Translations under genes and position numbers: made by a program
Assembly (NCBI GenBank): GCA_965649205.1
Contig: CBFGJV010000010.1
Coordinates: 23,764-86,401 of the forward strand
Origin: a candidate division WOR-3 bacterium
GTDB taxonomy: Bacteria; Hydrothermota; Tepidihabitantia; Tepidihabitantales; Tepidihabitantaceae
Reading direction: 5' to 3'
Length of the DNA: 62,638 nucleotides
The notes under the pieces: model-generated
Database searches by the model: none
Told to the model about the DNA's origin: nothing
The model's input: the letters and a program-made list of their open reading frames with translations, nothing else
Shown: in pieces, positions 10,613 through 21,500 of the stretch
Layout: each line of letters starts with the position of its first letter
Position numbering within the stretch: the first letter of the stretch is position 1

Positions 10613-12865
10613 ATGGCCGTCAGAATACTGCCTTATTTGCTTCCCACCTTTTTTTGCTTTTTACTAGTTTGGGGAACCGACTCGCGGAAACACGTTCAAA
10701 CCTCGCTTATCGACGTAAAATGGATTGAACGAGCTGAACTCCCTTACCCACTGAAGGATCATATGGCAGCCGCTCTTACTGATTCCGGTATGCGTGCAAT
10801 CTTTGTATGCGGCGGCCGGCGACTTTCCACTGGCCAGATGGAACAATCGTGTCTCCGCTACGTACCCACCTCCAACCGCTGGTTTTCCTGTCGATCAATG
10901 CGGTACCCTCGCGGCATGGGCCAGGCCGTTGGTCTCAAACGCCGGATCTACGTTATAGGCGGATGTCGAGACTCTACAACTGGCAGCAATAGAGTTGAGG
11001 CATATGATCCCGTTCAGAATCTGTGGTACACTCAATCAAACTTACCCCGCACATTGTGCGACTTCGCTGCTACTGCCTGGCGGGATAGTTTGGTCTTTAC
11101 GTTCGGTGGTACTACGGCGCCTAACGGCAGAGTACTTGATCAAGTACTTATTTTTGATCCTCGCAGAAATGTCTGGGACAGTGCCACTCCTCTTCCCTTT
11201 GGCCTAGCCGCATCCGCAGCTGCAGCGATCGGAGATTCTATCTATGTTATGTGCGGCAGAGTAGACTCCGGAGTGTGCAACCTTGTCATACGTGGAACCA
11301 TCAACCCCTCTGATCCCCGCCAAATTGAATGGGGCCTGCTAGCGTCATTACCGGCGCCTCCGCGTGTGCGACCGGTCGTTGCCTCTCTCGGGACAAACCT
11401 GCTTTTGTGCGGAGGTGTTCTAGCCGATGGCAGTATAACTCAGGAGACTTGGCAGTTCACTCCCGGCCTCAACCTCTGGACACGTCTTCCCGACAAACCC
11501 ACTCCTATCACGGCAGTGTCATCCGGAGCAACTATCGGTAACAGAGTTTATTTCCCTGGGGGTCTCTCCGGACTTGACCTGCCCAGACGTCACCACCACG
11601 TACTAGACTTGGGAGGATACGATCGTGATGTTAGCTCTGATTCGGTACTTTCACCAGCGGGCAGACTTGAGATAGGCGCAGTTTATCCGGTCAGAGCTCA
11701 GATACGAAACTACGGTACCGGACCGGATACTGCCATAGCGACAGCTCGGCTTGTTGACACTGTAACAGGACAGCTAGCATTCCAGGCGGACATTATGGTA
11801 TTCCTCGATTCGGGCGAGTCTAGGATTGTGGAGTTCGGCGGCTTCATTCCTTCTTATAGAACCTATTGGCTCGTATCTGCATCCGCTCACTCCCTTTATG
11901 ATCAGAATCCTGATAACGACACAGCCCGACAGTACTGCCGGGCTAATTCCGCCAGCCAGCCTGATGCCTACGGCTACGTATATAGATCAACTCAGGAACC
12001 TGACACGATAACTTTCAACTGGGTTGATACCGCCGGCGGCACAGTTCTAACTGGTTGGTGGCCCAACCCGGACGACGGTGTGCAAACACGAACTTTACCC
12101 TTCCGCTTTCCTTTCTATGGCAGAAGCCTCACTCAGCTGACCATAGCTACCGACGGTTATCTACAGACCAGTACTCTTTCCTGTCCCAGAAATCAACCCC
12201 TGCCCTTCCCAGTTCTGCCTGACCTAATAGCTCCTTACTGGGATGACCTTACTCTACGAGAAAAAGGCAGAGTGGTAGAAAATAGAAGTGATACTACCGT
12301 CACCTATACTTGGTGTGGTATACCGCGCTACAATGCGCCGCTTGAGACTCTTACCTTTCAAGTGGTGTTACATAATTCGGGAACAATTGAATTCAACTAT
12401 CTGCAGCTCACCGGTGACAAATCAAGTGCCACAGCTGGCATCCAGGATAGCGATGGCAGCTGGGGTCGATACCTTGAGTACGTTTACAATGGGCAACCAG
12501 AAACACATCTTCTCCATGATTCGGTAAGTATCATCTTTTCCTGCGAAAGAGCCGGGATTATCTCCCAGGCGAACTACCTCGCTTCTGCCTCCCGGTCCTT
12601 CTCTTTCCCGACCCTATACAGAGGAGGACAATCACTAACGTTCAACCTTCGGCACGCCCCAAAACCTGCTACGATCGAAATTTTTGACGTTACCGGCCGC
12701 CTCCTGCGTACACTGCGACCGCGTAGCTCATCATCTTCTGACTATTCCGAGCTGTCATGGGATTTATGCGACGAAGAGGGACGATGTCTGAATGCCGGCA
12801 CTTACTTTATCTTTCTGCGTAGCGACTCCCAACAAGAAATAAGCAAACTCGTATTATTGCGTTGA
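10613..12865 (+). CDS. Secreted Kelch-repeat protein with CARDB-like and nidogen-like domains and a T9SS/FlgD-Ig-type C-terminal domain
   Basis: Kelch GG...YDP...W repeats, DQNPDNDT, LPFRFPFYG...IAPYWDDL, and C-terminal IFDVTGRLLR...WD...AGTYF...KLVLLR. Confidence 0.85.
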   Translation: MAVRILPYLLPTFFCFLLVWGTDSRKHVQTSLIDVKWIERAELPYPLKDHMAAALTDSGMRAIFVCGGRRLSTGQMEQSCLRYVPTSNRWFSCRSMRYPRGMGQAVGLKRRIYVIGGCRDSTTGSNRVEAYDPVQNLWYTQSNLPRTLCDFAATAWRDSLVFTFGGTTAPNGRVLDQVLIFDPRRNVWDSATPLPFGLAASAAAAIGDSIYVMCGRVDSGVCNLVIRGTINPSDPRQIEWGLLASLPAPPRVRPVVASLGTNLLLCGGVLADGSITQETWQFTPGLNLWTRLPDKPTPITAVSSGATIGNRVYFPGGLSGLDLPRRHHHVLDLGGYDRDVSSDSVLSPAGRLEIGAVYPVRAQIRNYGTGPDTAIATARLVDTVTGQLAFQADIMVFLDSGESRIVEFGGFIPSYRTYWLVSASAHSLYDQNPDNDTARQYCRANSASQPDAYGYVYRSTQEPDTITFNWVDTAGGTVLTGWWPNPDDGVQTRTLPFRFPFYGRSLTQLTIATDGYLQTSTLSCPRNQPLPFPVLPDLIAPYWDDLTLREKGRVVENRSDTTVTYTWCGIPRYNAPLETLTFQVVLHNSGTIEFNYLQLTGDKSSATAGIQDSDGSWGRYLEYVYNGQPETHLLHDSVSIIFSCERAGIISQANYLASASRSFSFPTLYRGGQSLTFNLRHAPKPATIEIFDVTGRLLRTLRPRSSSSSDYSELSWDLCDEEGRCLNAGTYFIFLRSDSQQEISKLVLLR

Positions 12866-12950
12866 TTTTCCGGCGGATTACGCTTTCTCGACAACTCAAC
12901 TTGACTTTTGTTGTCCATCAGTAGAATGGAGACATCAGGAGGATTCATAG

Positions 12951-13616
12951 ATGAAAAAAATGCTGGTACTCACCGCGGCCATTTTGCTTATGGCGGGCTG
13001 CGGAGGAAAAAAAGCACAACCGTCGTCTCCACAACAGATCGCAGAGACGGGTGGAGAGAGTATTGCTCAGCCACAAGTAACGACAACGGTTGAAGAAGGC
13101 GTGCTGAAAGATACGCTATCGGTCAAGAGCCTGCCCGAGAATCTCTTTCTCGTTATCAAAGTCCGGGATTACGGAACGATGAAAATAAAACTCGCCGTCA
13201 AAGACGCCCCGAAGAACGTAACTAACGTTGCCAACTTAGCCATCAAGGGTTTTTACAATGGTCTGACTTTTCACCGCCTGATACCCGGATTCATGATCCA
13301 AGGTGGAGACCCAGAAGGTACAGGAATGGGCGGCCCGGGTTATACGGTAGAAGCAGAAATAAAAGGAACACACAAGAAGGGTTCTATGGCGATGGCCCGT
13401 ACTAGTGATGAAGTGAATCCACAACGCCGCTCTTCGGGTAGCCAATTCTATATCTGCTTCGCACCTGCTCCTTTCCTTGACGGCAAATACACGGTAATTG
13501 GTGAACTGGTAGAAGGTATGGAAGTACTGGAAGCGCTTGAGAAAGTGCCCACTGGCGAACGAGACAGACCAATCAAACCCATTGTTATGGAATCCGTGAC
13601 GGTGACAACCCAATAG
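12951..13616 (+). CDS. Cyclophilin-type peptidyl-prolyl isomerase, lipoprotein
   Basis: Lipobox LMAGC; FYNGLTFHRLIPGFMIQGGDP, GSQFYI, LDGKYTVIG; SD AGGAGG. Confidence 0.93.
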   Translation: MKKMLVLTAAILLMAGCGGKKAQPSSPQQIAETGGESIAQPQVTTTVEEGVLKDTLSVKSLPENLFLVIKVRDYGTMKIKLAVKDAPKNVTNVANLAIKGFYNGLTFHRLIPGFMIQGGDPEGTGMGGPGYTVEAEIKGTHKKGSMAMARTSDEVNPQRRSSGSQFYICFAPAPFLDGKYTVIGELVEGMEVLEALEKVPTGERDRPIKPIVMESVTVTTQ

Positions 13617-13755
13617 CAAAAGTTGATACTAGAAATAGAAGTTGACCTTACCCATTGCCGATTTACAACTCAAAAGGATTGGAAAATTTATCCTGCCCAC
13701 AGAAAACAAAGCAGATACAATACAAACCCTATAACCAAACCAAAAGGAGGCACTA

Positions 13756-15576
13756 ATGCCTAGACAGTTGTCCCTCGTTATCCTGGCAGTCTCGGCGCTT
13801 CTCGCAAGCGTAGCGCCCGGCATTGAGTCAGGAACACCCCCCCTGTCAGCTAACCCGGGAAGTCAGCTGACAATACCTGTACCTCATTATCATTGGGCTC
13901 CTACGGCTATCACCGCTGAACCGTGCTATGATCCCAACTGCCCCTTGCTACATAAACCCGAAGAGTGCGCCCTTGCATCCGCAATGGAAACTGCACACCT
14001 CAACCAGACCTGGACCCAATTCCCTGCTCCCCCTGCTAACGCTGACCGAGTGGTACATGCCACCGTTTACGACCCTGACAACGACAAGATATACATGATA
14101 GGGGGAAATCCCGCCGGTCAATCCGGAACATACATGACCAGCTGCATGCGATTTGACCCGGTTACCAACACTTGGCAGACAATGGCACCTATGCCAGATG
14201 CCCGCGGGTGGATTCAAGGTGTATATGTGCGTGGGAAAATCTACATCATAGCCGGCCACACTAACGCCGGCACTACTTCTAATACGAACTATTGCTACGA
14301 TGTAGCAACCAACAGCTGGTCCACGCTTGCTCCTATGCCCCGTTCTACACTCGCCTATCAAATCGGTGTCTGGCGCGACTCTCTCATATACGTAATCGGT
14401 GGCACCACATCTGGTGCAGGTGGCGGAGAATTGGGCGTCAGTATTTACAACACCTATACCAACACTTGGACATCAGGTACCAACCTTCCTGAGCACGGTG
14501 ATATGGGCTCTGCCATAATAGTAGGCGACACCATATACATAACTGGCGCATTAAACCGTTCCACCAACAGCGTCTGGACAAACGGCCGCAAGGGAGCCAT
14601 AAATCCCGCAAACCCCACCACTATAACCTGGTCGAACATGCCTACGCGTCCCTGGAGTAATTTCAATGGCGGAACAGCTTATCTGCAAGGACGTGTATAC
14701 AGCATCGGCGGATTCGCAGGGTCTGCGCCTATTCGCGGCTGCTGGTATTACGACATCGCCACAGGTAGAATCGACACGATTCCTTCCCTACCCACACCCC
14801 CGTATCGAGCAGGCTTAGCACGCTGCCACTTTGCAACTGGACGCACTAGCGGCAACGAGCTGTACGTAGTAGCTGGCGATGAAAATGGTGATTGGCAGCC
14901 ACCGAACAGCTACTATTACAAGATGCAATTCGCAGTTCCTAACGACGTAGGTGTATCGCAAATCTTAGCGCCTGATACGCTGATCTCCCCAGGCTTCGTC
15001 ACCCCGCGAATTCTGATCCGAAACTACGGAACCGTGGCGCAATCTGACTTCCTGGTCAGTTGTTGGATTGATTCTGCTGGCAGCAGAGTCTATGATCAAA
15101 CCTCCATCTACTCGCGAACACTGGCCCCTGGCGCAACAGATACGCTGACTTTCGGAATGCCATGGAGTGCAGTCGGAGGCACTTACATTCTAAAAACTTT
15201 CACCCAGCTTGATGGTGATCAAAATCCGGCAAATGACACTATGAGAATAAACATTCGGGTATCAACCACCGGCGCAGCCGAAGCCTGGATACCTACAGCG
15301 AAAGGACTGGCTTTCTCTGTCCGACCCAGCATTGGTCGCGGTGCTGTGCACATCAGTTTCTCTCTCGAGCATTCAGCCTTAATCAACCTCAGTATCTACG
15401 ATGCCGCTGGTAACCTAGTGCAAGTATTGGAGAATGGCCTGAAACAACCGGGCGCCACCACTTACATTTGGAACCGTCAAAATGCGCAAGGACAGAACGT
15501 AGCTCAAGGTACTTACTTCTACCGGCTAACAGTAAACGGCCGTGTTTTTTCCGACAAACTAGTTCTTCTTCCTTAG
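13756..15576 (+). CDS. Secreted Kelch-repeat protein with CARDB-like domain and FlgD-Ig/T9SS-type C-terminal domain
   Basis: Six Kelch-like repeats, DVGVSQILAP...DQNPANDT, C-terminal IYDAAGNLV...GTYFYRL...KLVLLP; SD AAGGAGG. Confidence 0.85.
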   Translation: MPRQLSLVILAVSALLASVAPGIESGTPPLSANPGSQLTIPVPHYHWAPTAITAEPCYDPNCPLLHKPEECALASAMETAHLNQTWTQFPAPPANADRVVHATVYDPDNDKIYMIGGNPAGQSGTYMTSCMRFDPVTNTWQTMAPMPDARGWIQGVYVRGKIYIIAGHTNAGTTSNTNYCYDVATNSWSTLAPMPRSTLAYQIGVWRDSLIYVIGGTTSGAGGGELGVSIYNTYTNTWTSGTNLPEHGDMGSAIIVGDTIYITGALNRSTNSVWTNGRKGAINPANPTTITWSNMPTRPWSNFNGGTAYLQGRVYSIGGFAGSAPIRGCWYYDIATGRIDTIPSLPTPPYRAGLARCHFATGRTSGNELYVVAGDENGDWQPPNSYYYKMQFAVPNDVGVSQILAPDTLISPGFVTPRILIRNYGTVAQSDFLVSCWIDSAGSRVYDQTSIYSRTLAPGATDTLTFGMPWSAVGGTYILKTFTQLDGDQNPANDTMRINIRVSTTGAAEAWIPTAKGLAFSVRPSIGRGAVHISFSLEHSALINLSIYDAAGNLVQVLENGLKQPGATTYIWNRQNAQGQNVAQGTYFYRLTVNGRVFSDKLVLLP

Positions 15577-15598
15577 GCTAACTTTTCCTCTTAGCTGC

Positions 15599-15623
15599 GA
15601 GGCCGCCCGTACAGGGCGGCCTC
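15599..15623. terminator. GC-rich hairpin between convergent genes, probable terminator
   Basis: GAGGCCGCCC-GTACA-GGGCGGCCTC, a perfect 10-bp stem. Confidence 0.65.
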
Positions 15624-15643
15624 CTTCCAAAAACACTCCTATT

Positions 15644-16690
15644 TCAGGGTCCCGGAAACAGTCGACGAATACTGGCCGAGTACGGCGGTCTGATGATACC
15701 GCGCTCGGTAATAAAACCGGTAACAAAACTGGCCGGAGTAATATCAAAGGCCGGATTGAAGACCTCAGCGCCGGCTGCCGCTATTCGTTTGCCTCCCATA
15801 TGCGTGATCTCCTTGCTTTCTCTTTCTTCAATTGCAATTGAACCGCCATTCGGACACATGATGTCAAAAGTAGACACAGGAGCGGCCACGTAAAAAGGCT
15901 TCCTGTACCTCTCGGCAAGGATGGCTAGCATTCGCGTGCCAATCTTATTGGCCACATCGCCATTGCGTGCAATTCGGTCAGCTCCCACAAGCACCAACTG
16001 GCATTCCGGCATCACTGTCGCAGCTGCACTGTCAACGATCAGCGTAAAATCTATGCCGGCACGTTTCAGCTCGAAAGCCGTAAGTCGTGCTCCCTGCAGC
16101 AGAGGTCTTGTCTCCAAAACAAACACGTGCGGCTCCTTACCCTCCCGGAAGGCGCGAAGAATCACGCCCAAAGCCGTACCCAGTCCCGGTCCAGCCAGAG
16201 GGCCTGTATTGCATATTGTTAGTATACTGGCCCGATGAGATATAAGCTTTGCACCCGACTCACTCATCGCCAGAGACCTGCTGACCTCTTCTGCCTCAAT
16301 CTCCGCTGCTTCTTTTTCCACAGCTAAACGTGCTTTCTCTGGTTCGGCCGCCACTGCGAGAAAAGCACGCATAACCCGCCTTACAGCCCAGGACAGATTT
16401 ACGGCCGTCGGTCTTGCTCGTTCCAATCTGCGCGCAGCGCTACGTAATCCTGCAACAAGCCTGTCGTCTGGCAACCTTCGTGCCTCCCCTGCCAGTGCAT
16501 AGGCGGCTGCCACACCTATATTCGGAGCTCCCCGCACAGCTAGACGCCTGATGGCATATACTGCATCTTTGGCCGTGCGTAATTCCAGCCAGACTACGCG
16601 GTGTGGCAATTGAGACTGATCAACTATACGCAATCGACCATTCCGGTAGGCAACAGCACGTAGTATGGATGCAGGGAGCAATGGTTCCAA
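15644..16690 (-). CDS. mtnA: S-methyl-5-thioribose-1-phosphate isomerase
   Basis: VRGAPNIG, RPTAVNL, ETRPLLQGARLTAFEL, VGADRIARNGDVANKIGT and NPAFDITP. Confidence 0.93.
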   Translation of the reverse strand: MEPLLPASILRAVAYRNGRLRIVDQSQLPHRVVWLELRTAKDAVYAIRRLAVRGAPNIGVAAAYALAGEARRLPDDRLVAGLRSAARRLERARPTAVNLSWAVRRVMRAFLAVAAEPEKARLAVEKEAAEIEAEEVSRSLAMSESGAKLISHRASILTICNTGPLAGPGLGTALGVILRAFREGKEPHVFVLETRPLLQGARLTAFELKRAGIDFTLIVDSAAATVMPECQLVLVGADRIARNGDVANKIGTRMLAILAERYRKPFYVAAPVSTFDIMCPNGGSIAIEERESKEITHMGGKRIAAAGAEVFNPAFDITPASFVTGFITERGIIRPPYSASIRRLFPGP

Positions 16691-16699
16691 CAGTGGCCC

Positions 16700-17416
16700 C
16701 TACGCCTTACCCAGCATTCGCCGGATACGAAGCTTGAGCACAAGAAAGAATGCGCGGCGAATGATACGTCTGTCCATCTTGGAAACTCCTGCCCGACGCT
16801 CCGTAAAAACTATAGGTATTTCTTTGATGCGCAACCCGGCTCGCCAAATGGCAAAATCTATTTCTATCTGGAATCCGTATCCGTCCTCCTTGATGGCGTC
16901 CAGATTAATAGCCTCCAGTGCCGCCCGGCGATACGCCTTGAATCCGGCTGTCAAGTCTCTTATCGGACATCCGGTGACAATCCTAGCATAAGCGCAGGCG
17001 CAATAGGAAAGAAGCAGACGTTTCATCGGCCAGTTCACTACAGAAACACCATTGGAATAGCGCGAACCGATAACCAAGTCATACTGACTCAACAGAGCAA
17101 TCATCTCGGGAATCTTCTCCGGCGGGTGTGAAAAATCAGCATCCATCTCAAAACAATAGTCATAGCCGTGCGCAAGAGCATACTTGAAACCGGCTATGTA
17201 GGCAGTACCCAAACCCAATTTTCCTGGCCGGCGTATCAGGTGTATTCTTGGATTGCTCTCTACCATACGTGCTACAATATCTCCTGTACGGTCTGGTGAA
17301 TTGTCGTCAATAACGAGTACCTCCAGCTCCGGAGACTGGGAAAGAATTATAGGAATTATCTTTTCAATATTCTCGGCTTCGTTGTAAGTCGGGAGAATAA
17401 CTAATCCGCGCGCCAC
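16700..17416 (-). CDS. Polyprenol monophosphomannose synthase-like GT2 glycosyltransferase
   Basis: ILPTYNEAENI, DDNSPDRTG, KLGLGTAY, EMDADFSHPP, FTERRAGVSKM. Start reassigned to GTG 17416 directly after a promoter. Confidence 0.9.
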   Translation of the reverse strand: MARGLVILPTYNEAENIEKIIPIILSQSPELEVLVIDDNSPDRTGDIVARMVESNPRIHLIRRPGKLGLGTAYIAGFKYALAHGYDYCFEMDADFSHPPEKIPEMIALLSQYDLVIGSRYSNGVSVVNWPMKRLLLSYCACAYARIVTGCPIRDLTAGFKAYRRAALEAINLDAIKEDGYGFQIEIDFAIWRAGLRIKEIPIVFTERRAGVSKMDRRIIRRAFFLVLKLRIRRMLGKA

Positions 17417-17421
17417 GGGCA

Positions 17422-17449
17422 ATAATATTCGTCCGTCTGCCTCTGTCAA
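17422..17449 (-). promoter_or_regulatory. Sigma70-type promoter, probable leaderless GT2-mtnA transcript
   Basis: TTGACA-N16-TATTAT, 5 nt before GTG 17416. Confidence 0.65.
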
Positions 17450-17521
17450 TCTAGAATCGGTATGAACTATGCCCCCGTTTGCTGTTGACATGCGCTGGTG
17501 CAGGTAGAAAATAAACAATAC

Positions 17522-18055
17522 ATGCAACCACGTTTTATTCTGTGCCTGTTGCTGGCAAGCTGTGGTACCCGACCCCAGCCCCATGTTGAGTCCTCCACAC
17601 CGCCTGTAGCTAATCATTCTCCCGTGCCTACCCCGGCTGAAACAGAACTTCTCCGCCAACTTTTCGCCGGCTGCGGCTTCGTACGCGCATCAGACAACCC
17701 CTTTCCCCATCTTATAGTCTTTGCCCCCGACGGCACGTTGCTCGGATTTCAGGTAGACTCCGACGCCGCCGGCACAACTATGCAAGGATACGGTGGACCT
17801 GTGCCCCTACGGATATTTCTCGATTCTTCAGCCAAAGTACTTGGTTTTGAGGTTCTTCCTAATAAAGAAACCCCGAGCTACTTGGCGATGTGCGTGGACA
17901 GTCTGAAGCGACGTCTGCGAAGCTACTCGCCAGAACAAGCCAAACCGGTGGACGCAGTTACATTCGCCACTCTATCCTCCAGCGCCATAATTAAGTCTGT
18001 CACTGCTACCGCCGACCGAGTTGCCAGAGAGATAGTCAAATCCCCAAAGAATTGA
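17522..18055 (+). CDS. FMN-binding domain lipoprotein (RnfG/NosR FMN_bind-like)
   Basis: Lipobox LLASC; GYGGPV, ETP and VDAVTFATLSS (flavinylation-like motif). Confidence 0.75.
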   Translation: MQPRFILCLLLASCGTRPQPHVESSTPPVANHSPVPTPAETELLRQLFAGCGFVRASDNPFPHLIVFAPDGTLLGFQVDSDAAGTTMQGYGGPVPLRIFLDSSAKVLGFEVLPNKETPSYLAMCVDSLKRRLRSYSPEQAKPVDAVTFATLSSSAIIKSVTATADRVAREIVKSPKN

Positions 18056-18079
18056 CACGCCAACAGTCAATCCTACAAT
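18052..18079 (+). promoter_or_regulatory. Sigma70-type promoter for ndk and the C25 gene
   Basis: TTGACA-N16-TACAAT. Confidence 0.65.
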
Positions 18080-18099
18080 ATCCGTGCGGCGAGTAGACG

Positions 18100-18507
18100 A
18101 TGGCAGAAAGAACTCTCCTGCTGATAAAACCTGATGCAGTACAGAAGCGCTGTATTGGAGAGATACTGCGTCGGGTAGAGCAGGCAGGCCTCAAGATTAT
18201 CGCGTTAGAACTGAAGAAACTGTCGGCTGTTGAAGCCGCCGAATTTTATTCCGTCCACAAAGACAAGGAATTCTACCCCGCGCTGGTAGAATTCATCACA
18301 TCTGGCCCGGTAGTGGCAGCGGCACTTGAAGGCCCTGATTCCCGCCGGCGTTTGCGAGAACTGGTCGGTGCAACCGACCCTGCCCAGGCGGCAGAAGGTA
18401 CGATTCGCCGTGACTTCGGCACGACCATGAGGATGAATGCTGTACACGCCTCAAGTCCTGCCGAAGACGTAGAAAGAGAACTGCAGTTGATGTTCCCAGA
18501 ACTGTAG
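18100..18507 (+). CDS. ndk: Nucleoside diphosphate kinase
   Basis: ERTLLLIKPDAV, FITSGPVVA, GATDP, GTIRRDFG and NAVH. Confidence 0.95.
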   Translation: MAERTLLLIKPDAVQKRCIGEILRRVEQAGLKIIALELKKLSAVEAAEFYSVHKDKEFYPALVEFITSGPVVAAALEGPDSRRRLRELVGATDPAQAAEGTIRRDFGTTMRMNAVHASSPAEDVERELQLMFPEL

Positions 18508-18522
18508 CCAAGGAGGTCCTAG

Positions 18523-21500
18523 ATGCGCAAAACCCTGATAGTAAGCCTGGTTCCAATTCTGGTTTTGGCCGGAACCATAGTGCGAACCTTCCAATTCGAT
18601 ACCCGGGATTTGGAATTCACCCAAGCCAACGGCTATGACGTAATCCACTTCTCGGACTTCATCACGACCCTAGAACCAGGTAAACCCATGCTGCCAGCCG
18701 CAGTGGTGAATATGCTCATTCCGCCCACTGCAACCGCAACCGAAATCCGGGTCACACCCCTGGACCCGTACGAAATCCCGGGCACCTATCGCATCCACCC
18801 AGTACAAACTCCGGTGCCCGTTTCTTCTTCTACTACTCCACCCTTTATACCTCCCGACCCCTCTACCTATTCCGCCAAAACTCCCTACCCGGATAAACTC
18901 GTCGACTGGGTTCATACTGGTACCAAGTCTGAATTCAGAATCTGTGGATTTGTTCTACACCCACTGTCTTACGTTCCGGCTACCGGGAAACTTACGCTAT
19001 ATCGTCGACTGCGAGTCGAGGTGAATTACGAAGAACAGGACATAGTACCCAAGCCACTGACCCCGAGTCAGCAGAAGGTGTTTGGCCGTGATGTCGCCCA
19101 GCTGGTTGTAAATCCTGAAGACCTAACCGCGTTCGCCCCACCGGTACGTGTGGCTGATGGTCCGGAGGTGGACTATGCAATTATTACTCCTTCCGCCCAA
19201 TCGACCTGGTTTAGTCCTCTGGTTGACTGGCGAAATAAGAAAGGCTATAACACGCAGGTGTTCACCACGGAATGGATTTCTGCCAACTATCCTTCCGGCA
19301 GAGACTTGCAGGAAAAAATAAGAATGTTTATTATTGACTACTACAACAACCGCGGCTTGAAGTGGGTACTTTTGGCTGGCGACAACGCCCAAGTGCCCGG
19401 CCGTCGTTGCCGAGCAGTTGTATCCAGCAGCACTGGCAACATCCCAGCAGACGTATACTACGCCGACCTGCAGTGGTCCTACGATGGCAACCGCAACAAC
19501 GTATTCGGCGAGATCGACGGCGACACAGTAGATCTTTACTATGATGTATATGTCGGCCGAGCCTCGGTAGATAATCAGACCCAAGCTACCACATTCGTAA
19601 ATAAAACGTTATCTTATGAGAAAACCCCTACTACTGACTACCTGAAAAAGGTTTTGCTTCCCTACGTGGTGCTCTTCTCGCAGTATAACTACTCCGGCAA
19701 GGTCGTTTCGGATTCGATCGCTGCTCAGACCCCCGTCGGCTGGACAGACCAGTATATCGCCAACCCCACTACAACCACACCTATGCGCGACGCCATCAAC
19801 CAGGGGTATCATCTCTGCCACGTAGCAGCACATGGCAATGCCACCGGGTTCTACACCGAAGGCGGTTCTGCCATCTGGAATACCTCAACTGCAAGCGGAC
19901 AAACCAATTCCACCCGGCTCACGGTAATGAACTCTATTGCATGTATTTCCGGTGACTTTGAAACCTCCGACTGTCTTGCCGAAGCAGCGATGAACAACCC
20001 TAACGGAGGTACTGTGGCGTGCATGATGAACTCACGCGAGGGCTGGGGTACGCCGCCGTCCTTGGGACCGTCTGAAAAAATAGACAACAAGTTTTACTCC
20101 TACTTCTTCGCCTACGACACAGCCGAAATCGGCGTACTGCATGCTCGCTCCAAAGACTTTTATGCCCCCGCGGCACAAAGTCAGAGCGTATGGAGGTGGT
20201 GCTACTGGGACCTGAATCTGTTCGGTGACCCGAATCTGTTACTCTGGCATGACATCCCCACGAATATGAATGCAGCTCATCCCACCACTATCCAGACTGG
20301 CGCCCAATCTTTCACAGTGACTGTAACATCAGGAGACTCGCCGGTTCGCAATGCCATAGTTGCCTGCTATAAACCCGGAGAAGTTCAAGCTAATGCCTAC
20401 ACTAACAGTACAGGCGAAGCCACTCTAATAATCAATCCTACGACCACCGGCACAATGTATGTAACCGTATCCCATCCCAACTATTTCGTCGTAGAAAATA
20501 CGGTTACCGTGACTCAGGGAGCGCCACAACCTTTCATAACGTTTCTGCGTTGTTTTGTGGACGATGGTGGCAACGGCCGGCTGGACCCAGGAGAAAACGC
20601 CAACCTGTATGTAACGCTGAAGAATGTAGGAAATGCTACGGCCACCGGCGTAATTGCCGTAATTAGGTCCAATTCCAGCTTCATTACTTTCCCCGATTCC
20701 TTCGCCTCTTACGGCGACATAGCTCCAAATGACACGGCCAGAGGTCAGGCTTTCCCTGTCAGTGTATCTTCCGCCATACCTCCAGGTACCAGAGTAACTT
20801 TCACACTCCAGGTAACATCTAACGAGGGCACTTGGAACCCAAGCTTCCAACTCACAGTAGGCACACCACCCCAACCTGGCGCTGTCGTAATGAATCATGA
20901 CACCGGGTACTGCAAATTGTCTGTAACCTGTTTAGGTTCTATCGGCTATGATGTCCCTCCCGGAGACCTGGACGCCGGCGCAGGATTTTGCTATCCCAAG
21001 ACTGGCGGCAGCCAGCTGTACTATGGCAGCCTAGCCATAGGCAACAGCCCGTCATTTGTCGCGGATAGACACTTCGGTAACCCTCCCAGTGGCGGTCCTA
21101 ACACTGACTTCCGCATAGTGGACAGCGTTCGCCCCGTAGTACCCCCGGCAAACGGGGACCAGCATTACCGTTGTCGATTCGACGACGCTGGACATCCTTC
21201 ACCTAAGGGAATAACCGTTTCTCAGCACTCCTTCCAGTCGGCTCACCCGGGATACGATGACTTCGTTGTACTCACCTATGACATCAGCAATCAAGGCACT
21301 TCTGCTCTGACTGGCCTTTACGCAGGGATATTCGCCGATATGGACGTGGGCTCCAACGCGTCTCAAAACATCTGCTCCACAGACGTAAACCGCCGGTTAA
21401 CCTTCATACGCCAGTCTTCCAGTGCCAACCCTTGTGCCGGAGTCAGAATACTGGCTCCCGCTACGGCCGCAAACCTAACAGCCATAGATCACGCTCGCTA

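Noticed and set aside
17417..17659. 80-aa N-terminal extension of the GT2 ORF
   Set aside because: It overlaps the divergent FMN-binding gene and spans a clear promoter; family similarity begins at GTG 17416.
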